DNA of 64,000 bases, from the NCBI RefSeq assembly GCF_024298765.1, contig NZ_CP101210.1. One strand, given 5' to 3'. Shown one piece after another: positions 31,737 through 41,084 of the stretch. The translations under genes were made by a program, and so were the position numbers. Positions within the stretch are counted from its first letter, which is position 1. The number at the start of each line of letters is the position of its first letter. The stretch is from Escherichia coli (GTDB taxonomy: Bacteria; Pseudomonadota; Gammaproteobacteria; Enterobacterales; Enterobacteriaceae). The notes beneath the pieces are model-generated. The model searched no databases and was not told the DNA's origin. It saw nothing but the letters and a program-made list of their open reading frames with translations.

Positions 31737-32234
31737 GTGAATCCCCCCGCCACCTTTCCGGTGCGCGGGGTTTTGTCTTTTTTCACCGGGAATACATGTA
31801 TGAATCCGTCTGATGCCATTGAGGCAATTGAAAAACCGCTCTCCTCCCTGCCTTACTCACTTTCCCGTCACATCCTGGAACATCTGCGCAAACTCACCAG
31901 CCACGAACCCGTGCCTGGCATTATGGGTAAAAGCGGGGCCGGTAAATCCTCACTCTGTAATGCACTGTTTCAGGGGGAGGTCACCCCGGTCAGTGCACTC
32001 ATGACAGCGCTTCCCGGACATGCCGCCATCCCTCTGATGACACGCCTGCAGGACGAACTGCGCACGGAGTCTGTCCGCACTCAGACCCGTGAACAGTTTA
32101 CCGGTGCGGTGGACCGGATATTTGACACGGCGGAGAGTGTCTGTGTTGCCTCTGTTGTCCGTACGGCCCTGCGCGCAGTTCGTGACACGGTGGTCTCTGT
32201 TGCCCGCGCGGTATGGAACTGGATTTTCTTCTGA
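31737..32234 (+). pseudogene. YeeP/YfjP/YkfA-family GTPase, truncated (CP4-like island marker)
   Basis: P-loop GIMGKSGAGKSSLCNALF; ORF stops after about 145-165 aa with a divergent tail; probable native start at 31801 (MNPSDAIEAIEK). Confidence 0.6.
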
Positions 32235-32350
32235 ACCCGGTGGTGATGTACCAGGCTGTTGTTACAGATTTTTAACTCCATGAAAACACTATGCAAACGC
32301 AGCTATACCCGGGGTGTCCCCTTGCGTTGTGCTTCCCAAGTTAATAGAAT

Positions 32351-32393
32351 ACATCGATCGTTACTATCATATCGATCGTTATAAACGATCGTT
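32351..32393. promoter_or_regulatory. Three CGATCG-core palindromic sites (operator-like array) 60-100 bp upstream of the dynamin-like gene
   Basis: acATCGATCGTTactatcatATCGATCGTTataAACGATCGTTtg; third site is a perfect 12-bp palindrome. Confidence 0.5.
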
Positions 32394-32451
32394 TGTAGTA
32401 AATGACCTCCTCCGTGGTTGTCATGAAAATGCGTCTCAGGAAGGTTAAATA

Positions 32452-34848
32452 ATGCACGAAAAGAACATCGCCCTGCTTTGTGATGAAGCCGACCGACTTT
32501 TGCAACTGAACATTAATCTGCTCCGGCAAATGGTTGAGGAGCCAGATGTGTTATCTGACAGTAAGAACGAAAACAGACTGCTTTTTGATAAACAGAAAGC
32601 ACTGAAAAGAATTGAGGAGCTGGAGGGCGAACAAATCAAAACCGCCCGCAGGGAGATGGTGCTGGCTGTTGTCGGCACGATGAAAGCAGGCAAATCAACC
32701 ACCATCAACGCCATTGTGGGGCAGGAAATTCTGCCTAACCGTAACCGCCCCATGACCTCTGTACCGACGCTCATCCGCCACGTTCCCGGAAAAACTGAGC
32801 CGGTTCTCCATCTGGAACATATTCAGCCTGTCCGCAATTTATTAATCACACTGCAGGAAAAACTCGCCACCCCGGCAGGACAGCAGGTCGCACAGACCCT
32901 GCAGCAAACCGGGGATACCCGCGAACTGCTGGATATTCTGACGGATGATGGCTGGCTCAAAAATGAATACCACGGGGAGGAGGAAATCTTTACCGGACTG
33001 GCATCGTTAAACGATCTGGTTCGTCTTGCTGCGGCAATGGGGACTGAATTTCCTTTTGATGAATACGCAGAAGTGCAGAAACTGCCGGTGATCGACGTGG
33101 AATTCAGCCATCTGGTGGGGATGGATGCATGCCAGGGAACACTCACACTGCTGGATACCCCCGGCCCTAATGAGGCCGGACAACCGCAGATGGAAGTGAT
33201 GATGCGGGATCAACTGCAGAAAGCCTCTGCGGTTCTGGCTGTGATGGATTACACCCAGATGAACTCAAAAGCGGATGAAGACGTCCGTAAAGAGCTTAAT
33301 GCCATTGCTGACGTATCAGCCGGCCGCCTGTTTGTACTGGTCAATAAATTTGATGAGAAAGACCGCAATGGCGATGGGGCAGATGCCGTACGCCAGAAAG
33401 TTCCGGCAATGCTGAACAGCGATGTGCTGCCCGCCTCCCGCGTTTATCCCGGATCCTCACGCCAGGCATACCTGGCTAACCGTGCGCTTCATGAGTTACG
33501 GAAAAACGGAACCCTTCCTGTTGATGAAGCCTGGGTCGATGATTTTGTCAGGGAAGCCTTCGGTCGCATGAAAAAAGATTACGTCTGTAAAGACAGCGAA
33601 CTGGCAACTGAAGGGGCGACAGACCTGTGGGAAGGCTCACTTATCGATCAACTGATAACGGAAGTCATACTGAGTTCACACTCCAGAGCGGCGGCACTGG
33701 CGGTTGATTCTGCTGCCGCAAAACTGATGCAGAATGCAGAAAATGTCAGCGAATATCTGTCATTACGCCATCAGGGGCTGCAGCAAAGCATTCAGTCACT
33801 GCAGGCGAATATCACCAGCCTGCTTGCGGATATCCGGAAAATCGCGGACTGTCAGGAGCAGGTGACCGCTGATGTCAGAATGGCCATGGAGGAGATCGAT
33901 GCCAGAACCCGGGAATTACTGACGGGGGTCTGCACCTCACTGGAAGAGGAGCTGAATGACTATTTCAGAACTGGTAAACGCAAAGAACAGCAAATGTTGG
34001 AGGAAGAAGACGCAGAACAACGAAGGTCCCGGTCCGGATTATGGGGAAAGATTTCTCAATGGTCCGGTATCAACAACCCGGGCTGGGAAGATTACAGGAA
34101 ACGAGACTTTGACCCGGAAAACCCCGAGATAACACTAAATAATCGTAGGGAAGCAATTGAATATATAGAGGAAATTGAGTCAACTGTGACCAGCCTGCAC
34201 CGTGAGGCTGAAGCACAGTTCCGGCCTGAGCTGGAGAAAATCGTCAGCGGGATTGAAACAGGTTTTCGTGGCACGGCCCTGTACGCCACAGAAAACATTG
34301 CCGGTCGCATCAATGCCCGCCTGGAGGATGAGGGCTTTACCGTAAAAATCAGTTTTCCGGCAGTCAGTCAGTTACAGACCCGGCTCGCGGTAAAAACAAA
34401 TCTGAGTGCGCTTATGGAGGAAAGAACGGAGACCGTCACCCGTCGCCGTCGGCAGAGTGGCGTATGGGGAACCGTTTGTCGATGGTTTGGCACCAGTGAC
34501 CTGGGCTGGGAAAACTATGACGAGGATGTGAGTCGCAGCGTGATCAATATCAACAAGGTCAGAGAGGAAGTTATGTCACTGACCCGGGCATATTTCGGGG
34601 AGCTGCAGGCATCCATTGAGCAGGATATTAACCAGCCCGTCCGCCAGGAAATCGATGCCTTTTTCTGCGCATTCAGGGAGAAAGTTGAACAACTGCGTAA
34701 CACGCTGATTCAGAGCTCTGAAGATCATAAACGCGATCAGCAGGCACAGGAACGGCTTACCGGGAGACTTCAGGCATTAAATGAAAGGGTTCCTGAGCTC
34801 ATTACTGACAGTAAGGCGCTGAGGGAAGAGCTGGAGACAATGCTGTGA
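32452..34848 (+). CDS. Bacterial dynamin-like GTPase (CrfC/YjdA-like)
   Basis: 798 aa; G1 P-loop GTMKAGKSTTINAIVG, G3 LLDTPGPNE, G4 LVNKFDE; long helical stalk; stop overlaps the start of the next gene. Confidence 0.8.
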   Translation: MHEKNIALLCDEADRLLQLNINLLRQMVEEPDVLSDSKNENRLLFDKQKALKRIEELEGEQIKTARREMVLAVVGTMKAGKSTTINAIVGQEILPNRNRPMTSVPTLIRHVPGKTEPVLHLEHIQPVRNLLITLQEKLATPAGQQVAQTLQQTGDTRELLDILTDDGWLKNEYHGEEEIFTGLASLNDLVRLAAAMGTEFPFDEYAEVQKLPVIDVEFSHLVGMDACQGTLTLLDTPGPNEAGQPQMEVMMRDQLQKASAVLAVMDYTQMNSKADEDVRKELNAIADVSAGRLFVLVNKFDEKDRNGDGADAVRQKVPAMLNSDVLPASRVYPGSSRQAYLANRALHELRKNGTLPVDEAWVDDFVREAFGRMKKDYVCKDSELATEGATDLWEGSLIDQLITEVILSSHSRAAALAVDSAAAKLMQNAENVSEYLSLRHQGLQQSIQSLQANITSLLADIRKIADCQEQVTADVRMAMEEIDARTRELLTGVCTSLEEELNDYFRTGKRKEQQMLEEEDAEQRRSRSGLWGKISQWSGINNPGWEDYRKRDFDPENPEITLNNRREAIEYIEEIESTVTSLHREAEAQFRPELEKIVSGIETGFRGTALYATENIAGRINARLEDEGFTVKISFPAVSQLQTRLAVKTNLSALMEERTETVTRRRRQSGVWGTVCRWFGTSDLGWENYDEDVSRSVININKVREEVMSLTRAYFGELQASIEQDINQPVRQEIDAFFCAFREKVEQLRNTLIQSSEDHKRDQQAQERLTGRLQALNERVPELITDSKALREELETML

Positions 34849-35750
34849 CTTCACCATTTATTCAACAAATTGCTGATAACCGGGTATGTCAGGTACTCAC
34901 CTGTCTTCCTGAAAAATTTGTGGTTGATTTCGCAAACGGAATCGATGTTGCACAGGAGCATATCCGCACGGCCAGAGAGCGCACGTTCTTCCGGCGTTTA
35001 AAAGAGGGACTGACCGGCGAAGGCGCTGCACGGCAGAATGCCATCAATGCTTCGCTTGCACAGGGCGTTGAGGCGTCCCTGCGCTGGCTGACGGAGCTGA
35101 CAACGTCACTTGCCACCACAAACTACGCGATTACCCGGGTAAACGACAGGGTCAGTTCACTGGTCAGTGATACTGCCAGGCTGGCGCATTATTCCGCAGA
35201 TACACGGGAGCAGTTACTCATCCTGGCCGATCAGGTTCACCATAAACTGAATCATCTTGAAGAAAAACTCCACCGTGTTGACCAGGTTCAGCGGGCGCAG
35301 TTACATCTTGAGCAGATATTCTCATGGTGGAGCGCCGGGCGATACGCGTCATTTTCCCCTGCCGGACGTTGTTATGTGGCACTTGAAGAGCTTCGCTGGG
35401 GCGCGTTTGGTGATGTGATACGTCAGGGCGAAACAGGCCAGGTTAACCAGCTACTGGATATTCTCAGACATAAAGCATTAACGCAGATGGCACAGGAGAG
35501 TGGCGGTAGTGCAACCGTGCGTCTGAACACTCTGGACTGGCTTGGTGGTCAGGGCCGGGAGCAGGCAGATAACGAGTGGCATGACGCGATTAACTGGCTG
35601 GGAGACTGGTGCAGTGAAGAGCAGCATCCGGTGATCTGGTCAACCACGCAGGCTGCAGAACACTTACCGGTTCGCATGCCTCGCCTCTGCTCTGCAGAAC
35701 GCCTCTCTGAAAGTATGGTCGATGAAATATTTCAGAAGGGGGCTGCATGA
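34845..35750 (+). CDS. Hypothetical protein, YjcZ-like partner of the dynamin-like GTPase
   Basis: 301 aa; GTG start overlapping the upstream stop (GTGA); size and context match the partner gene of chromosomal crfC (recalled from memory, unverified). Confidence 0.6.
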   Translation: MTSPFIQQIADNRVCQVLTCLPEKFVVDFANGIDVAQEHIRTARERTFFRRLKEGLTGEGAARQNAINASLAQGVEASLRWLTELTTSLATTNYAITRVNDRVSSLVSDTARLAHYSADTREQLLILADQVHHKLNHLEEKLHRVDQVQRAQLHLEQIFSWWSAGRYASFSPAGRCYVALEELRWGAFGDVIRQGETGQVNQLLDILRHKALTQMAQESGGSATVRLNTLDWLGGQGREQADNEWHDAINWLGDWCSEEQHPVIWSTTQAAEHLPVRMPRLCSAERLSESMVDEIFQKGAA

Positions 35751-36817
35751 GTACAGAAATGAAAACGGGGCTGGTGCTGTCCGGTGGCGGGGCGGTGGGC
35801 GCTTATCAGGCGGGAGTGGTTAAGGCACTGGCAGAGTGTGGTACACAGATCAGCATGGTTTCAGGGGCCAGCATTGGCGCATTCAATGGTGCCATTATCG
35901 CGGCCTCTCCCGATCTGTCAGAAGCTGCCGTACGCCTGGAGGCGCTCTGGGATCATCTGGGGAATAATCAGGTGCTGTCGGTAAACAGATTGGTTTACTT
36001 TTCATTGCTGAAAAAACTGCTCCCGGCCATGAACCTCTGCCAGCTCCCCGGACGTGCGGGCGCACTGCTTACGACGCTTCTTCACCATATATCGACAATC
36101 AACAGGTTTGACAATCTGATGACTCAGCCGTTGTTGTCAGATGGGCCCCTGACAGTGCTGATGGATCATTATCTTGATACTGATGATCTGGCTGACGGGC
36201 TACCGTTGTATGTGTCGCTGTACCCCACGGAAGGGGGAATGCAGGATATTATCGACTGCATTCGTGCTGAACTGGGTACCGGAACTACAAAAAACTCCGT
36301 TTTTCAGCATATCCAGAGCCTGCCCCACGGGCAGCAGAAAGAAGCCTTACTGGCGTCAGCAGCACTGCCCCTGCTGTTCCGTCCCCGTGAGGTACAGGGA
36401 AAAATGTACGGTGATGGTGGTATGGGCGGATGGCAAAATATGCAGGGGAATACCCCTGTGACGCCACTGGTGGATGCCGGATGCAATATGGTGATTGTGT
36501 CGCATCTGAGTGACGGTTCTTTATGGGATCGCCGGGCTTTTCCGGACACCACAATCCTTGAAATCCGTCCCCGGAAAAAGCTGAAACAAACAGGGGAAGA
36601 AGGCAAAAGTGGCGGTCTGCTCAGTTTTACATCGGCACATATCGACACCTGGCGTCAGCAGGGCTATGAAGACACGATGCTGGCGATGGAGCATATCCGG
36701 AAACCACTGGAGGCGCGTCAGGCACTGACCCGGTCAGAGGCGGTGTTGCAGAAAAGTCTGGAGAAAACGGAAGAGGCAGATTTGGCACTGAGAAACGCGA
36801 TGGCCCGGATTAAATAA
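35747..36817 (+). CDS. Patatin-like phospholipase
   Basis: 356 aa; oxyanion motif LSGGGAVGAYQAG, nucleophile GASIG (GxSxG), catalytic-Asp motif YGDGGMGG (DGG); start overlaps the upstream stop (ATGA). Confidence 0.8.
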   Translation: MSTEMKTGLVLSGGGAVGAYQAGVVKALAECGTQISMVSGASIGAFNGAIIAASPDLSEAAVRLEALWDHLGNNQVLSVNRLVYFSLLKKLLPAMNLCQLPGRAGALLTTLLHHISTINRFDNLMTQPLLSDGPLTVLMDHYLDTDDLADGLPLYVSLYPTEGGMQDIIDCIRAELGTGTTKNSVFQHIQSLPHGQQKEALLASAALPLLFRPREVQGKMYGDGGMGGWQNMQGNTPVTPLVDAGCNMVIVSHLSDGSLWDRRAFPDTTILEIRPRKKLKQTGEEGKSGGLLSFTSAHIDTWRQQGYEDTMLAMEHIRKPLEARQALTRSEAVLQKSLEKTEEADLALRNAMARIK

Positions 36818-36832
36818 AGACGCCCCAAAGAA

Positions 36833-36858
36833 ACGCCACCGCCTGTGGTGGTGTTTTT
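36833..36858 (+). terminator. Probable rho-independent terminator after the patatin-like gene
   Basis: acgccaccgcctgtggtggtg followed by TTTTT. Confidence 0.5.
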
Positions 36859-36945
36859 CCTGGCTGGTGTTATTGAAAATATTTTCAGATATATATTACC
36901 CGGACGATGGTTAAGATTGATTTATTTAATTTTGGGGAGAAAATT

Positions 36946-37413
36946 ATGAGACTGTCAAATATTTTCCTGGCTGTAGTTTTAACTGTGACCGTATCTGTAG
37001 CACACGCTATTCCAAATATGTGGGGCAGTGGCTTCACGATGGGCGTTACTGAGTTCAGTATTGATAACGGTAAGTGGGGTATCAATATCAGTTGCACAGG
37101 TAACCCCAACGAAAACAATGTGCTGGCGCACACAATCTATATTTACAAAGGAGATAAGGTGGTCGCAAACTCGGAAGAAAAAAATATTAGTTTCGTTATT
37201 GACGGTGAAGAATTCTGGGGTGTGGTTCCTGACGGTACCCGTATGAACGATAACGCCTGGGTTAGCTTTGTAAAAGCAATAAGCACTGCAACCGGGTTTG
37301 AACTGTACATAAACGAGAAGAAAGTTGCGACGTTTAACCCGTCTGCCAAAAACGTTAAGAAAGTGATGGATAATAACTTTATCCAGTCGTGCTGGAATAC
37401 CTGGTACGAATAA
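36946..37413 (+). CDS. Small exported hypothetical protein (signal peptide)
   Basis: GGGGAGAAAATT before ATG; MRLSNIFLAVVLTVTVSVAHA signal peptide. Confidence 0.6.
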   Translation: MRLSNIFLAVVLTVTVSVAHAIPNMWGSGFTMGVTEFSIDNGKWGINISCTGNPNENNVLAHTIYIYKGDKVVANSEEKNISFVIDGEEFWGVVPDGTRMNDNAWVSFVKAISTATGFELYINEKKVATFNPSAKNVKKVMDNNFIQSCWNTWYE

Positions 37414-37468
37414 CGATTACAGGAGAGGGGGACTTCCTGGCCCCCGATTTATTTAAGGAGTGCATGAA

Positions 37469-38098
37469 ATGAAACATTTTTTAATTCTGGTTATCGGTTT
37501 ACTCATTTCCATCACCGCGACTGCCGAATCGCTGGGTCAGTTTGAAGAGGATATCACCGGTTTTCCGCAGGGAGTATGGTTTTACAAAGAAAAAGCAGGC
37601 TGGAAAAACGAAACCGGGTATAAAAAAGAATATTTAAACAGTCTCCTCTATAAGGCCGAAGAAATTGCGAATTATCCGGGTAACAGATACACGATTTACC
37701 GTAGTAAAAACAGCAGCATAATTTTCGTCGCTGACAACGAAACCAGGACTTTCTACTTGCTAAACAACAAGGACGCCTTATGGTCTGATATTCAGATCGG
37801 GTATTGGGCTGAGAACAAAAACTCGTGTCACTACGTCTTTGTCGATACTCAATACCTTGCGCAAAGTAACGAACTTGACGAGTTCTTTCGAACCGGGGTG
37901 CTCGATACTCATGGTGTTGGTGAATCGGATCGTAAAGTAAAAGAGATCAGACAAAAACATAAGACTCATGTCTTACTCCGCCTGCCTGCGCAATGTGTGA
38001 ATGATGCGATCCTCAGCAGAATGAATAAGTCCGAACGTCGTGATCTAATGAAAGCGCAAGAAGATTTCAAACAATATCTTGCCAGAATGGAGCTGTAA
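37469..38098 (+). CDS. Small exported hypothetical protein (signal peptide)
   Basis: AAGGAG ribosome-binding site; MKHFLILVIGLLISITATA signal peptide. Confidence 0.6.
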   Translation: MKHFLILVIGLLISITATAESLGQFEEDITGFPQGVWFYKEKAGWKNETGYKKEYLNSLLYKAEEIANYPGNRYTIYRSKNSSIIFVADNETRTFYLLNNKDALWSDIQIGYWAENKNSCHYVFVDTQYLAQSNELDEFFRTGVLDTHGVGESDRKVKEIRQKHKTHVLLRLPAQCVNDAILSRMNKSERRDLMKAQEDFKQYLARMEL

Positions 38099-38128
38099 GT
38101 ATTCAACCTTTTCGCAACTGTGAGTGAA

Positions 38129-38377
38129 ATGAAAATCAAAACTATACTTTATACTATCATTCTTTTCTGTGAAATTGGCATCACCGACACTTATGCACTC
38201 GGTGGTTCGGATATCCGTCACTGCGAACCAACTGAAGAATCTGTAATTATTAACCCGGACGAGTCACCGGTGTTAATATATAGCTTCAGTAAACACGAAG
38301 TGTATAAACTGATGCAGGGGGATACCTGCACTGGGCTAGTTATTAGCGATAAAAAGCCAAAGCCTGTCCACGTTTAA
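38129..38377 (+). CDS. Small exported hypothetical protein (signal peptide)
   Basis: MKIKTILYTIILFCEIGITDTYA signal-like N-terminus; 82 aa. Confidence 0.45.
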   Translation: MKIKTILYTIILFCEIGITDTYALGGSDIRHCEPTEESVIINPDESPVLIYSFSKHEVYKLMQGDTCTGLVISDKKPKPVHV

Positions 38378-38532
38378 TGGACATCGCTTGCGAACCGCCA
38401 GAAGTCATGTCTGCCAGCATTCATCTACTGGCCGCGGATAATTATACGACCATGGATTTCTGCCATAACGCCGAATTAATCGGTCGTATTCCGTAAGCCG
38501 TGGTATCGAATAATTTAAGAAGGATTTTTATC

Positions 38533-38985
38533 ATGAAACACCGACACATTTTAACGTTCTTTGTTGCTTTCCTGTTCATGACTATCGTACCTGATAGCGA
38601 CGCCGCATTAGTAAAGCGTCCTGAGAAAGGTCGTGCACCGTTCCCGGAATATGTGGAGTTCGCGCAAAACCGTAACCAGTTCCCATGTAATGCACGTTTA
38701 CGCTTTAAAGGTCTCTGCTTTGTTGAACAAACTGACCCCTGGGGTGCAGCAAGCGTTGTCCGAATCCCTTTCAATTCCCCCAATGGTAAAGGCAGACTTA
38801 ACGCTTATGGCGTGGTTGTTCATGCAATAATGGTTGGTGATGTTGTCGTTGGTGGCAGCTATTCAACTGGCAAGAATGTTACCTGGAATTTCGATACGTT
38901 TTATAGGGAGGGTAAACGTCGCGGTAAGGTGACCTTTTATGTTGATGGTAAATACTGGCACTATCGCGACTATCCACTCGAATAA
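38533..38985 (+). CDS. Small exported hypothetical protein (signal peptide)
   Basis: AAGGAT ribosome-binding site; MKHRHILTFFVAFLFMTIVPDSDA signal peptide. Confidence 0.6.
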   Translation: MKHRHILTFFVAFLFMTIVPDSDAALVKRPEKGRAPFPEYVEFAQNRNQFPCNARLRFKGLCFVEQTDPWGAASVVRIPFNSPNGKGRLNAYGVVVHAIMVGDVVVGGSYSTGKNVTWNFDTFYREGKRRGKVTFYVDGKYWHYRDYPLE

Positions 38986-39102
38986 TCCATAACGAACAAA
39001 ACTATTAAAGGAATTATGCGTCTTATCTGCGCATTATTAAAATCAATAGTAAATTCGCTCCTGCCATTATGGCTGGGGCTTTTTATTTTCAGGTGAAAAC
39101 AC

Positions 39103-39336
39103 ATGAGGGGCTGTACATTACTCTTATTTTCCGAAGCCCCTTTCTTACGCGAACAGGAGGTTGCTGTCATAACAGCTTACCGCAATGTGTTTATCCAGGA
39201 TGACCCGGGAATGCATTTCCGTTGGGTTATCCGCAACGCGGAAGGTCAGCGACGCTGGCGCTGCCGGAATTCTGAACCCGATGCCGGAAAGGTGCTTAAT
39301 ACGCGGCTCGCCAGTGACGGTCCTCTAAGACAATAA
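39103..39336 (+). CDS. Small conserved CP4-like island protein (DUF905-like)
   Basis: 77-aa ORF at the start of the conserved CP4-type gene block. Confidence 0.5.
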   Translation: MRGCTLLLFSEAPFLREQEVAVITAYRNVFIQDDPGMHFRWVIRNAEGQRRWRCRNSEPDAGKVLNTRLASDGPLRQ

Positions 39337-39435
39337 ACGTCATTCATTTCACCCATCAGGCTGCGTCTTCTCCGGGAGACGTGGCTTTTTCATTTATTAC
39401 ACCAGTAAATCTTAACCACCGATAAGGAGCAAAGT

Positions 39436-40257
39436 ATGCGATTAGCCAGTTGTTTTGGTTATGCTGCGAACCAGATACGCCGTGACCGTCCACTGACACA
39501 TGAAGAGCTGATGCACCATGTGCCGGGGATTTTCGGGGAAGAGAAACACACGTCCCGAAGCCAGAACTATACGTACATCCCCACCATCACCGTACTGGAA
39601 AGCCTGCAGCGGGAAGGCTTTCAGCCATTCTTCGCCTGCCAGACCTGTGTGCGCGACCCGGGCCGCCGGGGATACACAAAACACATGCTGCGCCTGCGCC
39701 GTAACGGAGAGATAAACGGAGAACATGTCCCTGAAATTATTCTGCTCAACTCTCATGACGGTACCTCCAGCTACCAGATGCTGCCGGGTTACTTCAGGTT
39801 CGTCTGCCAGAACGGATGCGTCTGTGGTCAGTCTCTGGGGGAAGTGCGTGTTCCGCACCGGGGAAATGTGGTGGACAGAGTCATTGAAGGGGCTTACGAG
39901 GTGGTGGGCGTGTTTGACCGGATAGAGGAGATGCGTGATGCCATGCAGTCGCTGATTCTGCCGCCACCGGCACGCCAGGCGCTGGCACAGGCGGCACTGA
40001 CTTACCGTTATGGTGACGAACATCGGCCCGTCACCACCGCCGACATTCTGACGCCACGACGCCGGGAGGATTACGGTAAGGACCTGTGGAGTACTTATCA
40101 GACCATCCAGGAGAATATGCTGAAAGGCGGGATTTCCGGTCGCAGTGCAAAAGGAAAACGTATCCACACCCGTGCCATTCACAGCATCGACACCGATATT
40201 AAGCTCAACCGCGCATTGTGGGTAATGGCAGAAACGCTGCTGGAGAGCCAGCGCTGA
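39436..40257 (+). CDS. Conserved CP4-like island protein (DUF932/YfjQ-like)
   Basis: 273 aa; typical position upstream of antirestriction and radC-like genes. Confidence 0.6.
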   Translation: MRLASCFGYAANQIRRDRPLTHEELMHHVPGIFGEEKHTSRSQNYTYIPTITVLESLQREGFQPFFACQTCVRDPGRRGYTKHMLRLRRNGEINGEHVPEIILLNSHDGTSSYQMLPGYFRFVCQNGCVCGQSLGEVRVPHRGNVVDRVIEGAYEVVGVFDRIEEMRDAMQSLILPPPARQALAQAALTYRYGDEHRPVTTADILTPRRREDYGKDLWSTYQTIQENMLKGGISGRSAKGKRIHTRAIHSIDTDIKLNRALWVMAETLLESQR

Positions 40258-40502
40258 TGCAGCATGTCCCTGAAGGCGTGATTCAGGCACCAGAATCACC
40301 CGACGCCCCGGAGGCGCTGCCGGGGTGTCGTTCCATTTCTGATGATGACCTGTGCGCCTGGTGTACCCGTCTGCTTTACCGTCCCGGAGAAATCAGTCTG
40401 TGCAGACTGAGTACAGGCAATGGCATCTGGCCATCCGTCTGTGACCGGAACGGTTACGCGTACGGCTGTCCGGAATTTCAGCCGAATATCATTCATCCCT
40501 GA
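40257..40502 (+). CDS. Hypothetical small island protein
   Basis: ATG overlaps the upstream stop (TGATG); 81 aa. Confidence 0.4.
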   Translation: MQHVPEGVIQAPESPDAPEALPGCRSISDDDLCAWCTRLLYRPGEISLCRLSTGNGIWPSVCDRNGYAYGCPEFQPNIIHP

Positions 40503-40595
40503 TATTACCGGGTCTCACGGTCAGTGATGAACGTGATGTTGCCAGCTCCCGACCTTTACTCCCTCTCATTTATTCACATTACAAGGATTTCATAC

Positions 40596-41069
40596 ATGAA
40601 AACATTGTCTCAGAACACCACCTCTTCGGCCTGTGCACCGGAGACTGGCCTGCAACAACTGGTTGCCACCATAGTCCCTGATGAACAGCGCATCAGCTTC
40701 TGGCCGCAGCATTTTGGCCTCATTCCACAGTGGGTGACCCTGGAGCCCCGTGTCTTCGGCTGGATGGACCGTCTGTGCGAAAACTACTGCGGTGGTATCT
40801 GGAATCTGTACACCCTGAACAACGGCGGGGCATTTATGGCCCCTGAACCGGATGACGATGATGACGAAACATGGGTACTGTTCAATGCCATGAACGGTAA
40901 CCGCGCTGAAATGAGCCCGGAAGCCGCCGGCATTGCCGCCTGTCTGATGACGTACAGTCATCACGCCTGCCGTACGGAGTGTTATGCCATGACGGTTCAT
41001 TATTACCGTCTGCGGGATTACGCCCTGCAGCATCCGGAATGCAGCGCCATTATGCGCATCATCGACTGA
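40596..41069 (+). CDS. Antirestriction protein (YfjX/KlcA-type)
   Basis: MKTLSQNTTSSACAPETGLQQLVATIVPDEQRISFWPQHFGL... with acidic PEPDDDDDETW stretch. Confidence 0.8.
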   Translation: MKTLSQNTTSSACAPETGLQQLVATIVPDEQRISFWPQHFGLIPQWVTLEPRVFGWMDRLCENYCGGIWNLYTLNNGGAFMAPEPDDDDDETWVLFNAMNGNRAEMSPEAAGIAACLMTYSHHACRTECYAMTVHYYRLRDYALQHPECSAIMRIID

Positions 41070-41084
41070 ATGGAGGCAGGGACA

